In this document: in pieces, positions 40,001-52,353 of the stretch | Layout of the letters: each line of letters opens with the position of its first letter | Numbering within the stretch: position 1 is the stretch's first letter | Assembly: GCF_001949145.1 (NCBI RefSeq) | Contig: NW_019091361.1 | Coordinates: forward strand, 2,300,919-2,364,918 | Direction of reading: 5' to 3' | Origin: Acanthaster planci | Taxonomy: Eukaryota | Length of the DNA: 64,000 nucleotides | Made by a program: the position numbers and the translations under genes | Notes under the pieces: model-generated | Seen by the model: only the letters and a program-made list of their open reading frames with translations | What the model was told of the DNA's origin: nothing | Database searches by the model: none

Positions 40001-43000
40001 CAGCTTCGTGGATTCCACACACTTCCTGGCACCCTACATGTACATTACCACTTTTTGGCCCCCCATCTCCCACGCTTGGACATCCGTGATGTATGCACAG
40101 GTCACTCAACTATAACTAACCAAGGAATGAGATTAATAGACATGCCATCCCAGTCCATATTCTGTTTTTTATTCACCAAAAATCCCCTCCCCTTTTTTTC
40201 CCAATGAGGGTCAACGCTCAATACACATACCAATTTGTGGTGTCAGTGTCACAAATGAGTTAACACCTTCAGCAGTGACCACAGCTGTGGCCTGGAGATT
40301 CCCACACTGCCAAATGTCTCATATTCTTGCCTCCCGGGCCCTTTTGTTCCAGTCTCAAATATGAGCCCAGTGGTCCTGTGTTTGCTAAGTATCAAGCAGG
40401 TCGGCCTCAGTTTGATTTCACATTCCGGTTATCATAGTCAGGGTTGTACATACCGATATGTACCGAAACAGGTTGCTGAACGAGGTGTGCTGATCCTGCT
40501 TGTGTCACAAATGAGTACACAGGATCCAAGAACATGCAGGCGCAAACAGCTTTGACCTTCTGGTCAGTTATTTTTTGTCTCCTTGGTTCAGTAGAAATCT
40601 CTCTGAGATCTTCACTGTTCTCGTGCTAGGTACATCTTTGTGTATACATATGTACATGTACAAAGTCCCTGTGAACCCGTGAACTCTGACACTCCCCACC
40701 TCTACTCCATATAATACCTAGCTGTCTAATAAACAGTGCCACTTTTGTTCCCTTACAGAACCAATAAATCAAACTGGGTACTACACAGAACCATACAGAC
40801 TGATGTACATGTACATATGTACATGTACTGTAGACTGCTAAAATACATACATGTACAACCAAAGCGCTTTTGTGATGCAAAACCACAAACCACAAAATGC
40901 CACTCCAGTTCAGGATAAAAAGAGGTCAAATTGAGCAAGTCCTACAGAAAGGGCACTAGCGTATGCCGTACATGCCATTAATTCTACAACAACAACAAGT
41001 CCTACCATATGTGTATTTTCCTGGAAATAAATGTATATATGGTATGCCGCAATGTGAATTCTATGACCTTGTCCTCTCCACTGCTGCTAATGAGACCCAC
41101 CTTGGGATTTCCCAGTGATAAAACTAATTTGAAGTATCCTTCCATTCCAGAGAAAGATTTGATGTGTCTCAGCCATCACTTTATCGTTACCGGTGCATGT
41201 AAATAAAGACAGTTTATCATGACTTAAAATCTGATTGATGACGAACCCTCATCAAATTTAACAACATTCTGGGTTTAAAAGTCTTTGCATAATCATCAGG
41301 ATGCACATGCGGTTATAAAATGAGTGCGAAAATCACCCCCTCCAGACAAATCCTTCCTTTCTTGCACTGTGGAATTTTGCAGGTGATCCCTTGGTCAACT
41401 GTACACATCCCCAAGACACCATGGAGAATCAAATTATGCAAACTAGCCAAGACATTGCAAGGGTGCATGCAATCAGGAGATGGCCTGTTATGTACGCTAC
41501 AGGAACAGCAACCCTAACTAAATAACCCTGACATTTACCGACATTATTGCGCGTTAAAGGCACGGACGAAAAATTGTGCGCCCGAGTTCAACACAGATTC
41601 AACGATGTTGGCTCAGGTTCAGTGCGTACTGGTAGCATGATCTTGAGATCTAAACTATTTTTGCTATGCAAGGCAAAAACATAAAAAAAAGGAAGGCAGC
41701 AGTAGGAACATATGTCTCCAAAGCAAAATTCCCCCCCCCCAGACTATAATGACACAGTGCATGAAGCATATCAACTAGGGCAAGTAAACCATAAGCAACG
41801 ACTCCATTCATATCTAATCTCACTGCAGTTAAGCCATTCCTGTCCTAAGAGGAAGGCCAAGCCACAATAGCAAAGTAAATGGACAGGTGAGTTCAAAGTC
41901 TGGTCTGCAAATGCATATTTAAATTGTAAAGTACATGCCACATGGGGCACAACAGGAAATTCCAGTGAGTTGATTTTCTGTGACCCTGTCTGGGGCACTG
42001 AAGCTTTGCTGTTTTGAGTTAGAAGTTCTAGCAATGTTATGCAGGCTTGGTAGAGCATGGGGGGGTTGCACGTCCCCAACACAAAGCCAACCTGCACAAT
42101 GATTATAGGATCAGGAAATTTCTTCTCTGTACAAAGTAGCTTTTGCTGTTGACAAGGGGTCATCAGGGTTCTTACTTTGACCCTGGTGATGGAGACTTGA
42201 ATGCATTCATTCCTCAATCCAGCCTACACAATATAATGGGGTGGGGTGCTTGAATGGGCTCAGGAAAGCAAACACCATACCAGTCCACAATGTCTGCTGT
42301 GTGCCACATGAGCATGCCACACTGGGGGTTAGGCCATGCTGTTCACACTGTAGCCAGCATGACGCTACTTTCAGGCCAACTGAGGCACGCATTATTCATT
42401 GGACATGAACACATAGGCCATGGAATCCAATCAATACTTTGGCAGGCTTCAAAGCACAGAGGACAGCATGGATGCACACACATATAGTGCATCTCATAGG
42501 GTAATTTTACTGTTAGCCTCATTGTTAGCAATTCAGACATACCTAAAACCAAACCAAAAAAATAGTTGCCATAATTACAGACATGTATATGTTCATGTGA
42601 ACATCTCTTTTTAAATTTAAAAGGAAAACGCTGCTTTCATTTTCCACATCTTTCATTTTCTTCATAAATAATTGTAAAGTTATCCAAACATCAAAAGAAA
42701 AATTGACAAGGATTGGTTTCACTTATCCAAGCAGACCTCTGAGGACTTGTATTTCTGTGCCAACTAAATAACCTCATCAGGACCACCCAACCATGCTGTC
42801 CAATTCATAAAAGATGCCTGCATTCACCCTTTTTGTATACATGAAAGGGGCCCAGTTGGGCGCATGTGGGTAAATGGCTCACCAGGCTCAAAAGGGGTAC
42901 CTGAAAATAACAGGGTTTTGTATTGGAGGTCTTTTACAACAGACAGAAATTCCATGACAGGACATTCCTTTGGGGGTTGCAAGGTGGAGGGGCAGGGTAT

Positions 43001-43394
43001 GGACACTTCAATATACCAGTGCAACCTTTAGAGGTACATGTATGGTACATGTACCTACACATGCCCTTGACATAGCTACTGTAGATACACAGTAAATATT
43101 TGAAATATTTTCAAAAGCTTATGAAAATATGCCACTGGGTATGAGAGGAACCTGAGATTTCTTGCTTGGAATTCTAAGAGTGGCACTCGAAATGTATCCT
43201 GGTGCACATCCTGAGACAGGAGAGCACCAACTCTTGCAAATTACTCTGACCAGTAGAAAAGAAATTGAAACTTTCTGTTTTAGGAGTTGGGGGTTAAGGG
43301 TCAATTTAAAGATCAGCCACTTGTAGTACATCCACAGGGAAAAAAAATTGGTGGTAAGAGAATTAAACTGCATATAAAGAGAACAACCCAAGCT

Positions 43395-43500
43395 TTGCAT
43401 GTACGTTTGAGTTGCACGTGCACATTAACATGTACATTAACATGTACATGTACCTGTACATGCACCTGCACATGTACAATTGTGCATGCGGGTACATGTA
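43395..43500. repeat. Degenerate (TGTACA/TGCACA)n microsatellite
   Basis: 6-bp period; produces the spurious CTCTCT/VHVHV ORFs in the track. Confidence 0.8.
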
Positions 43501-46500
43501 ATACTGAAACTGTAGGCCAGTGTGTTGTTAAAGAGGTAGGGAAAAGCTTCAAATATTGCGACATCTAGGGTTTCGGAGGTAGACTGGCCATCCACAAACC
43601 AGTGTACATTTAATTTACACCTGTATCTGCCAAAAGTCAACACAAGAGAAACGAGAGGCAATTTCTGTCCACCATCAACTGGGCAGATTTCAGAACCATG
43701 CAAGGTCAAATTTTGTGTTGGGTTGATGACGTACATGTACATGTGTACATATACCAGTACATGTAATGGGGAGATAGGCATAACAGGTATGCATGAAGCA
43801 TGCATGAAGATACATGTAAGCTGGCATTGCTGCGGCCAAAAATGCATTCAAACAAGGAGTTCTGGTGGCGTGCAGAAAATGCACATTAAAAATTTGTCTC
43901 TAAGATGCATGATAAACCTAAAATCTTACTCTAGTCTTAGCTGGCCAAAATGATTGTGAGATTTGTTTGAAATGACGGAATACAAGACGTTGAAGGTGGA
44001 GTGGAACATACATGTAACTTCTGTGGAATACACATGGAGTGCACTCATGTTCACATGCAGCGGCAACAGACTATGCATATAAAAATTATGCTAGAGAATA
44101 ACAAGGTCAGTATTATAGCAGAACCCAGACCTGAATCTTACATGTAGGCTGAATCGTGGGCTACCTTGAACATGCATGAGTGTACATGTGAAGCTTCTAG
44201 AAAAGACAGCAACCCACATGCGTGCTTGTTTATCGAGTCTACAGTTTTCAATGTGTCAAAGAAAAAGAGATAAACCCGTATCAGGTTCTTCTCGTGAAAG
44301 TGAGTGGATTAATTCCTATGAAAGTAACTATAATTTACTTGACGATGAATAAGGAGGATGGCACAGAGCCTGTCAGTGTTGCGGGGCTGCTGTGGCAGTC
44401 CCAAAAACAAACCTGGTGGTGGTCCAGCAGCACCATACACCAGCAGCTGCAACATAACACAAGCAGTCCGCGAGGCTTATGTGTCACTTTTCTAAATTTG
44501 AAGTGCTTTTGCAGACACTGGATATTTTTTGGATGCAGTCCTCCAAGCATCCTTGGCATATTACTTATCTGTGACAACCAGGAAGGTTTAAAATCTACCC
44601 TTAATGCGTTGTCCAGGAACAATCAATTCTACGCATTATTGCATGGAAACCTCGCTACCACGTCTTAAGTGAATGAGACTCCTGTCTGAACTGCACAAGA
44701 CTGGGATATGTTTTAGGTTATGACCAAAACACAACAAATCATGCACTTAAACTTAATGTATGGAACAATCAACGAAATGTACAAGAACCATATAAGAACA
44801 CTGCATTTTGAAGATGCTTCTACTACGAGACATGTGAGCGAAGATGCACCGTGTTTACAGCCGTAACGTTTTGGGGTCACCAGCATATACATGTATCATT
44901 AATACATAAGGTTTCTGAAACCAGTGGAAAGGGGACATGGAGAACTTGGGAAAACTGTTCCATTTTTCATATTAATTTTGGAAGATGGTCTTGTTACCTC
45001 TTGTTTAAAGGTTATAATTGGGGAAAGAGGGTTATCTTTTCCCTAACTCTTTAGCCCTAACTCCCTGGGGTGTGTGCAAAATCATATCAAAATTGGAGGA
45101 TTCAGGGCTGTTAGGGTTAAGATGACGGGAACTACATGTACATGTACTGTCATGGTACAAAGATGTTCAGGCCCATAGGCTGGGGGGGTTCGAGGGGTTC
45201 AAACAACCCCCCCTTCGCTCGCTTTTGAGTTCCGCTTGTTGGTGGTCTTTTTTTGTTCATGTGTACTGAATATTTTAAATATACCGTAATATTTGGCATA
45301 CAAGCCACGGCATAAACATTGTACTTTGATTCTCAAGCTCAAGGTGAACACGATTCTGCATATTAATGAATCAATCTCTAGTCATACATTTCAGGTGTTT
45401 CAAGGGTTTGAAATCAATGTGTTTTTGTTAAGTTTATTCAACATTGAAAACTACAATGCACAAATCTTACATGCAACCTTTGGTTTGCGACATACATGCA
45501 ACTTTTCAATGTTGTTTTCGAAAGCACATTGTGATAGGCCTTGGTATAAAAATGTGTTCACAGTGCCAAAAGTTCCACTTTTTGGTTTGAAGAAACTTCT
45601 CCCACCCCAGTCTCTGGTCAGGCAACAGGCCTGGTGTTTGTATACTGTTGCTAATATGCCAATGCAGAACTCACTAGGCCACCACATTCACTGCAGGCCT
45701 GCAAGTACACACAAGTACAGTCTGGGGGCATGCAATAAACACCACTTGGAGAGGATGGCATTGGTGGGCTGAGGTCACATGAGGTCAAGGCAAGGTCATA
45801 AAACACCATGGGAGATCAGTTATCAGAGGAGCCTCCATTAGGCACAGTTTATGATCAACCGGAATTCACACTCTCTACTTGTAAAATGTTCTTGATGTAC
45901 ATGTACATACATAATGTGCACCTTCACTGTACAAATGTGTGTCCATGACATGTGCTTTCTGTGTTACCTTTTAGCACTGAAAATGTGGGGTTTTTTTGAG
46001 GTGGGGGTTGGTAGGCTTACAATTACTTACAATAAGCAGGTAATGATTAAAATCAGTCTTGTAGCAATCGATGCTCATTGCGCACAAGCCAAAAATAACT
46101 CTGTCTCAATGAACAAGCCTGCTTTTTCTTTATACCAATCCTAGCAAGTGCTTAAAGGACTCCTTCGTCCACTGTTTTGAATAGTCTAAAGAAAAAGGTT
46201 TCTATGGAAACTACTGCCAAACCCTTTTTCTAGAAACTTCTGTGATGCCACACAAATACCACATACCATACATGTTGACGCAATTCTGTGTGGTAACGTG
46301 GTTTGTGGGCCACGCCTACACAGAATTTTGTTCTTCTGTTCAAGGCAGGCTCAAGCTGAGCTGTATAACCTTGCCTGTTTAACTGATGGTTTCAGTGGAC
46401 TAAGAACGGAAGGCCTTAAAGTTGCAAACCCATTTGTGTAATGGAGAGTAAACTGTACTTTGTACCCGGAAAGGTCAGACCCTGTCCAAAAGGTACAAGG

Positions 46501-47775
46501 TGCATGGATGGGGGTCAGGTTATTCGCCTTCAGGCTATGCCATTCAACAGAACAAGTTGGCAAAAGAAAAACTGGCATGGGAAGCAAGGAAGCTAAATTC
46601 AAAGTCATGTGCAGATTTAAAACTGGGTAACTGCCATTTCAAGTTGGAGAAGCAATTGTTGTCTAGCGTAATAACAGAGACAGTAACTCCGAAATGATGC
46701 AATAATCATTCATCTACTCTGCAAAAACAGTATTGCATACACGTTGGAATGACATTACAGAAGAGTAACTACACGTAGATGTCAAACAAAAGCAAGGGAT
46801 AACTTGCTACCAACTGTTTCAAAACTTGGAGCTTTTCTAGTTCAGCACAAGCATGATTCATGGCACTGTGCCAAGAACTTATCTGGGGGCCCAATTCAGT
46901 GCATGCTCAATGTATAAATGTACCAGTGCTTGGTTACATACATGTAGTTTCCAGACAGTGAGTTATTATACGGGACCCAAAAATGTTTGAGGGGTGGCAT
47001 TTGGAAGAGTGGAAGTTCCCATTACTCACTCCAAATTTCCCGACTAAATATCTTTTCTATCCCCGCTTCTGGCCTACGCAATGATTCACATTCATCCTTC
47101 GGCCAATCAACTGGAAGTCCTGCCTCATTATTGGCAGACAGAAATTGACACTATCAACAAATTACTTTATTTGCTGCGTACTGTTTTTCCTAGAGATAAC
47201 AAAGTCATTTTCCATGTTGCTGTCTGGTTATACCATCCGTTGCTAGTAGTTACTGAAATTTACTTAAACAAAAAATTTGGTTCCCACATACTGATGAATT
47301 CTTAAGAAAAAGTTCAAGGGAGGTAGAGATTACTCAGTCATTTGATTATGATTAACCCTCAACCCTATGCATTTTTACTGGGATGCAATCTCCAGTCCGG
47401 CAGAATCTTCCAACCATGCAAACATTGGATACAGCCTCAATCTTCCAAAATCCTCCATTATTTCTTGAATTTTGGCTGCTGCCTCAAACCTCTAAAATCC
47501 TCTCGCACTTCCTGTCTGTATGTCATGTCGAGGCCGTGTGAGTTGTACTTTAGAGCAGGATGCTTTCTAGTACATGTATAACACAAGCTGCATCCATCGA
47601 CTTTAACAAAATTCATCCGTCAAAACCAGCCACTTATATTTTGCAACACAGCCCCAGTAAGCCCCCAATCCTTCAAAATCTTACGCAAGGATCTCTGAGG
47701 ATTTCATAAGGTTTGGGTTAATCCATCAGTGAATCTGCCGATCAACAGATGGGCCATTCCATCAATTCTTTTTAC

Positions 47776-47909
47776 CTTATGTGAAGTTCAGCTTGCTCTT
47801 CAACTTGCGTTAGTTTTCCTGATAGCGACTCCTTCTGTTCTGTGAGTCTTGTGATGTCATCATCCTGGAGCTGTGTCTTTCGGACCAGGTCGTCCTTCTC
47901 TGCTTCAGC
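47776..47909 (-). CDS. TPM: Tropomyosin exon 3 (aa 81-125)
   Basis: tctag|AEAEKDDLVRKTQLQDDDITRLTEQKESLSGKLTQVEEQAELHI+AG|GTAAAA; 134 nt, the canonical size and phase. Confidence 0.93.
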
Positions 47910-48766
47910 CTAGAAGAGCACAATTCAAGAAGTGTCAGTACAATGCCCTGCTAACGTAGTTGTGGTCAATTCACCTGTACACGTAGCAAAGTCAGTCCCA
48001 CTCTAAAGCATCTGAGCTGGGTACCCAAGTGCCCAGGCTCCTACGTATGTCCGAAACCAGTTCCACATTATGTCTACATGAAGGTACTCACAACCAACAT
48101 TAAAAAGTACTTAGTATCCTCTTGTTGATAAAAAGAAAGGGTTTTGAAAGTTTTAGAAGAAACTGATTTAGAGAGACTACTACATGTGTATGCATTTCAG
48201 TAACTTTCAATAATAGTGCATGCCTAAATCAGAATTGACAACATAGATATATGGACAGCAAGCAGTGTTGCTATGTACATTAATAAACTTGTTAAATAGG
48301 AGCTTTTTGAGGACAAAAAATGTTACAATTACATGCATTAAAATTTGTTTTTTGAATTTTGATCCTGGAATGGCTACTGGTCCAAGCTCCTGGGTACCTT
48401 TGTTTTGTTTTATTTTATAGGGAGTCTGGTTCCTGTACACCCCCTATACACACAACTGTACACGTACTATCTACGAGCTCGCAGGGCAACTTTTCTCCAC
48501 ACAGGTAAAAAATTCATCTAAGGTTGTCCCAAGTTTAAATGCATCCATGAAATCCACCTGTGACCCTTGCCAACCAATGGTAAAAGTTTGCTCTGACAAG
48601 GATACAGGTACATCTTATCAAGCTGAAGTCTTCATGCTTCTGAACATACACAAACAATTATGCACACATGCTCAATAAAGTTTTTTAAAAATAATAAAAA
48701 ATAAAATTTTATTGGTCACAAATGTATATATATGTGAATTAAATGTCAACAAGTGAAAAACAAAAA

Positions 48767-48942
48767 CAGGGGTGTGAGTGGTCACCTACAATTGAAGCTG
48801 AAAACGGCTAGCAAAAAGCTGAAGTGTAAAAAGTCCGCGTACCTTTGTACAGACCAGGTGTACAAAAAAAGCTGAAATTCAGGGTCAACATCTAAACAAA
48901 AAAAGCTGAAATCAGCTAAAGAGATAAATTCTCACACCCCTG
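48767..48942. mobile_element. Small MITE with hAT-like termini
   Basis: 12-bp terminal inverted repeat CAGGGGTGTGAG / CTCACACCCCTG and internal repeats of AAGCTGAA; no convincing target-site duplication. Confidence 0.65.
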
Positions 48943-51900
48943 ATAAAAGGTGGTACTAAAAACAAAATGTATACACTGCAGGTTGCCTACGCCAGTCTTT
49001 TAATTAACAACTGGTTGGTTAAGTCAGCTGACAAAATTTGCCAGACAGATTAATGTCAAAGCAGAGGGTTAACCCCCCAAACAACAAGCTATTTTATCCA
49101 GGAACCTTAAGGAAAATGTACACATGCAATGCAATGAAAGGAGTTCCTTTAAATTGCCTTAAGCGGGTCATGCATGCCCGATACTGTACAATGAAGTTAT
49201 GCATGCCCAGTTGCAGATTCTGTATGCATGACCTTCATCCTTCCCGAATCCTAATATCAGTGTACACTTTGGACTTAAGAATGGCATGGGCTGAGCTTAC
49301 TCATGTACTGATGTGCACAATGCCCCAGTCTGTTAGGGAAACACATCACATGCCCAAGCACAAAGCTTACTGCTTTCGGAGCAAGAAGCCAAGCAGCTGC
49401 AAGAACAAGTAGGGTATACGGTGCACAGTCGAACATGGGCTCTGACCAGACAGAATTACACAACAAGGAATATAACCTTACTGAAATAACAGTGTATTAC
49501 AAAAACGGAGAAAGGTCACAATTTATCAAGAGTTTAAGCTGCATTTAAATGCAGATGGACTCCATCAGTTTTTCAGTGACATGTAACTGTACACGTACAT
49601 GTACACATCTGAAGCAACTTCAAGTACACTTTTACACCCCTGTATATTAATTCTGAATGCATGCATTTCTGCAGGTTAAAACTGTTTCTTAGGTAATACA
49701 TGTAGGGGTTCTGAGAGATATTTTAGAAAGGAAAATCAGGTTCCTTTACATCAAGAAAATGATGCTATTAAAAAGCTTCAGTCCTTGGCAGCCATTGGTT
49801 GCACACATCTGTAACAAACTACTGTCGCTGGACATTGTAAAATGTACATTTTGTTCTCTACGCTCTAGGTAACTTTCTAGACCCAAGCTGCATGCTCATC
49901 ATTAGTCAAATTGCTAAAGAACCCTCTGGTCTGCAGTACATGTACATTAAGTACTTTATCAATTCAATCCCTTATTAAGTTATGGTAATCTCTGATCGTG
50001 ACAGGAACAGTTTAAGTTAAGGTGTCCAAGACAAACAACTGAAGAAAATGACGAAATGTGTGCTGCACAAGGCATCCATACGCTTCTCAGCTGTCAGTAA
50101 CTGACCCACTCGAATTCAAACCCTACATACAAAAGGCCCTTTCACACAAACAGTGGAAACATATCTGCAATGTTGGGTGCTGAGTGTGTCGCAAGGGCAG
50201 GCTTTCACATTGTTCAACGCAGCACGTCAGCGAATGTCCCTCGTTATTTGCAGCATTTATGAGTACATTTATATCGCTGGATTGTAGTGATTTTCCTGCC
50301 ATTTTATACACCCAAACGTCTTTGCAAGTTTCAATAAACATTTGTGTGCGAATTCAGTGATGTCAAAATACTATTTGCCTGTTGGAGGATGCTTTAGATA
50401 TACCCGTCTTCTGGATTTCGTATCTCGATTTCTTGACAGTCTTGGACATTTTTCGCTTGTCAAACTCACACTTGCACATATCAGCAGCAGGAATTTCACT
50501 GCCGGTTAGTAATAGCCTTGTTGCCAGTGCCTAGTGTTGCATGTAAATGTACATGTATACATGTAGGGGTTTCCAATTTATAAACAGTGAAAGATGGAAT
50601 GTTCTATTCCTCTCAGCTCTGCCTCATGAAATAGAACGGTCTGTCACCTCATGAAATTATTCTTGCAATTCCACTCACAAACATTATTTATATTATCTAC
50701 ATATCATATGCCAGTCTTTTACAACATAGGCCCAGTAACCATAAAATTTATGCATATCTATGTATCACATGATATTCCAAAGAACACGTTTTTACTTTAC
50801 TAGCCCACAAATGACAGGGCTTGTTACTGAAGTCCCAGTACTTTTTAGGCCTACCAGTGTACATGTACACTTCACGTTTTGTCATATCAGGCACTGATCT
50901 TTGTTGAGGTTATGATTTATATCATCAAGGATTTATCTTACAAAGGGAAAATGTACACCCAAGGACAGCCCAGTGGGAGTTGAAAACGCAAGCCGTTGAG
51001 GAAGTTTTCGATACGGAAGGCAGAGAGGATAGCAGGTTATTGGGGCGCCGGCATGTACATGTACATGTACTTAAGTACGGTTGACAAGCAACGCGCGACT
51101 GGCCGCGTACACTGAATTAAACACACACGTCGCGTACCGTATGCTCTGACTCGCTGGCGGCACTCCCACATGGCAGCCATGCCACTTGTTTTCGTCTACG
51201 ATTCACGGATTACATTGTGTGTGTATAGCCATGTCGATTAAACGGGGTACCCCATCCTATGCAACACTGAGCAGACGGCGCGCACAAGAAACTCTACAGA
51301 CACGTTTTTCGTGCTGAACCAACATTTTTCATGACAGCTAGGAACATCTACAATATTGCATCCTGCCCCTACTCTTTTCATCATCTATCACCTCAATTAA
51401 GAAAGGTCAGTCCCTGAAAAAATGCCGAAAAGACATGAATGTCGGGCCATGCTCGGACTGAGAAAAATTCAGATTTCGTTCCCATCGACTTTGTACACAA
51501 ACGTCCGAATATGTCAGGTTGCAATACTCTCCGTCGGGGCCAAGTTTAACCTGAGCCTGGCTATCTGAAAAAAATGCCCAACTATCTACGGACGAGGAAA
51601 ACGAGGCATCAAAGGTGTTTTTCTCGTGCAAAGCCACCGACTCAAAATCGGCCAAATGGTGACAAGGCCACTTGGTGACGAACACGGATTCTCTATTCGG
51701 TGATAAAATGTTCTTTCACCTTATGGTAAAATGCATCCGATTTTCTATCAAAAGTTTTGAATGTTGCACAAGGTGCTTATTACGACACGGTCGCGGAGAA
51801 ATGCTAATTTTATAGGTGCCGTGGGGGCTTTGCGAGGCACCCAGCACTAGGACTTTAATCAATTATGAAATCCGATGTAGGTGTCACCATACTCTCAATT

Positions 51901-52239
51901 GGAAGGCGATCGGCAAACCTGTGTTTTCCACGTCTGCATTACCAAACGAAGTCGCATCTTAATTACGATTATGATCGACGTAATCCATAAATTCCAGGGA
52001 TGCAACTTTCAAAAATTACTCTTCAGATGTCCTCAGATGGCAACGAATCCTAGAGAGATACTTCGGTGGGTTAAATCAATCAGTAATTTTTTCACAAAAT
52101 ATGCATAATATAATAAAATTAAAATTGAATGTCGACCATGGTCAGACAGACCACACGTCACGTAAAACCATAGGTCCAATTTAAAATCTACGTTGGGGAA
52201 AATCATAAAGACACATTTAGAATCAGACGGTTATCTTAC

Positions 52240-52353
52240 AATTTCCAACTTCTGTTTGAACTCCGCGTTAAGTCTCCTCAGTTCCATGGCCTCTTCCCTT
52301 GCGACGTCGGCTTCTTCCCTCAGCTTAGCGAGCTTTTTCTTTATCTGCTCCAT
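52240..52353 (-). CDS. TPM: Tropomyosin alternative first exon 1b (short isoform, 38 aa)
   Basis: MEQIKKKLAKLREEADVAREEAMELRRLNAEFKQKLEI|GTAAGA; phase 0; lies between exons 2 and 3, like exon 1b of bilaterian TPM genes. Confidence 0.94.

Noticed and set aside
43287..43953. CTCTCT/VHVHV repeat ORFs
   Set aside because: Translation artefacts of the TGTACA microsatellite.
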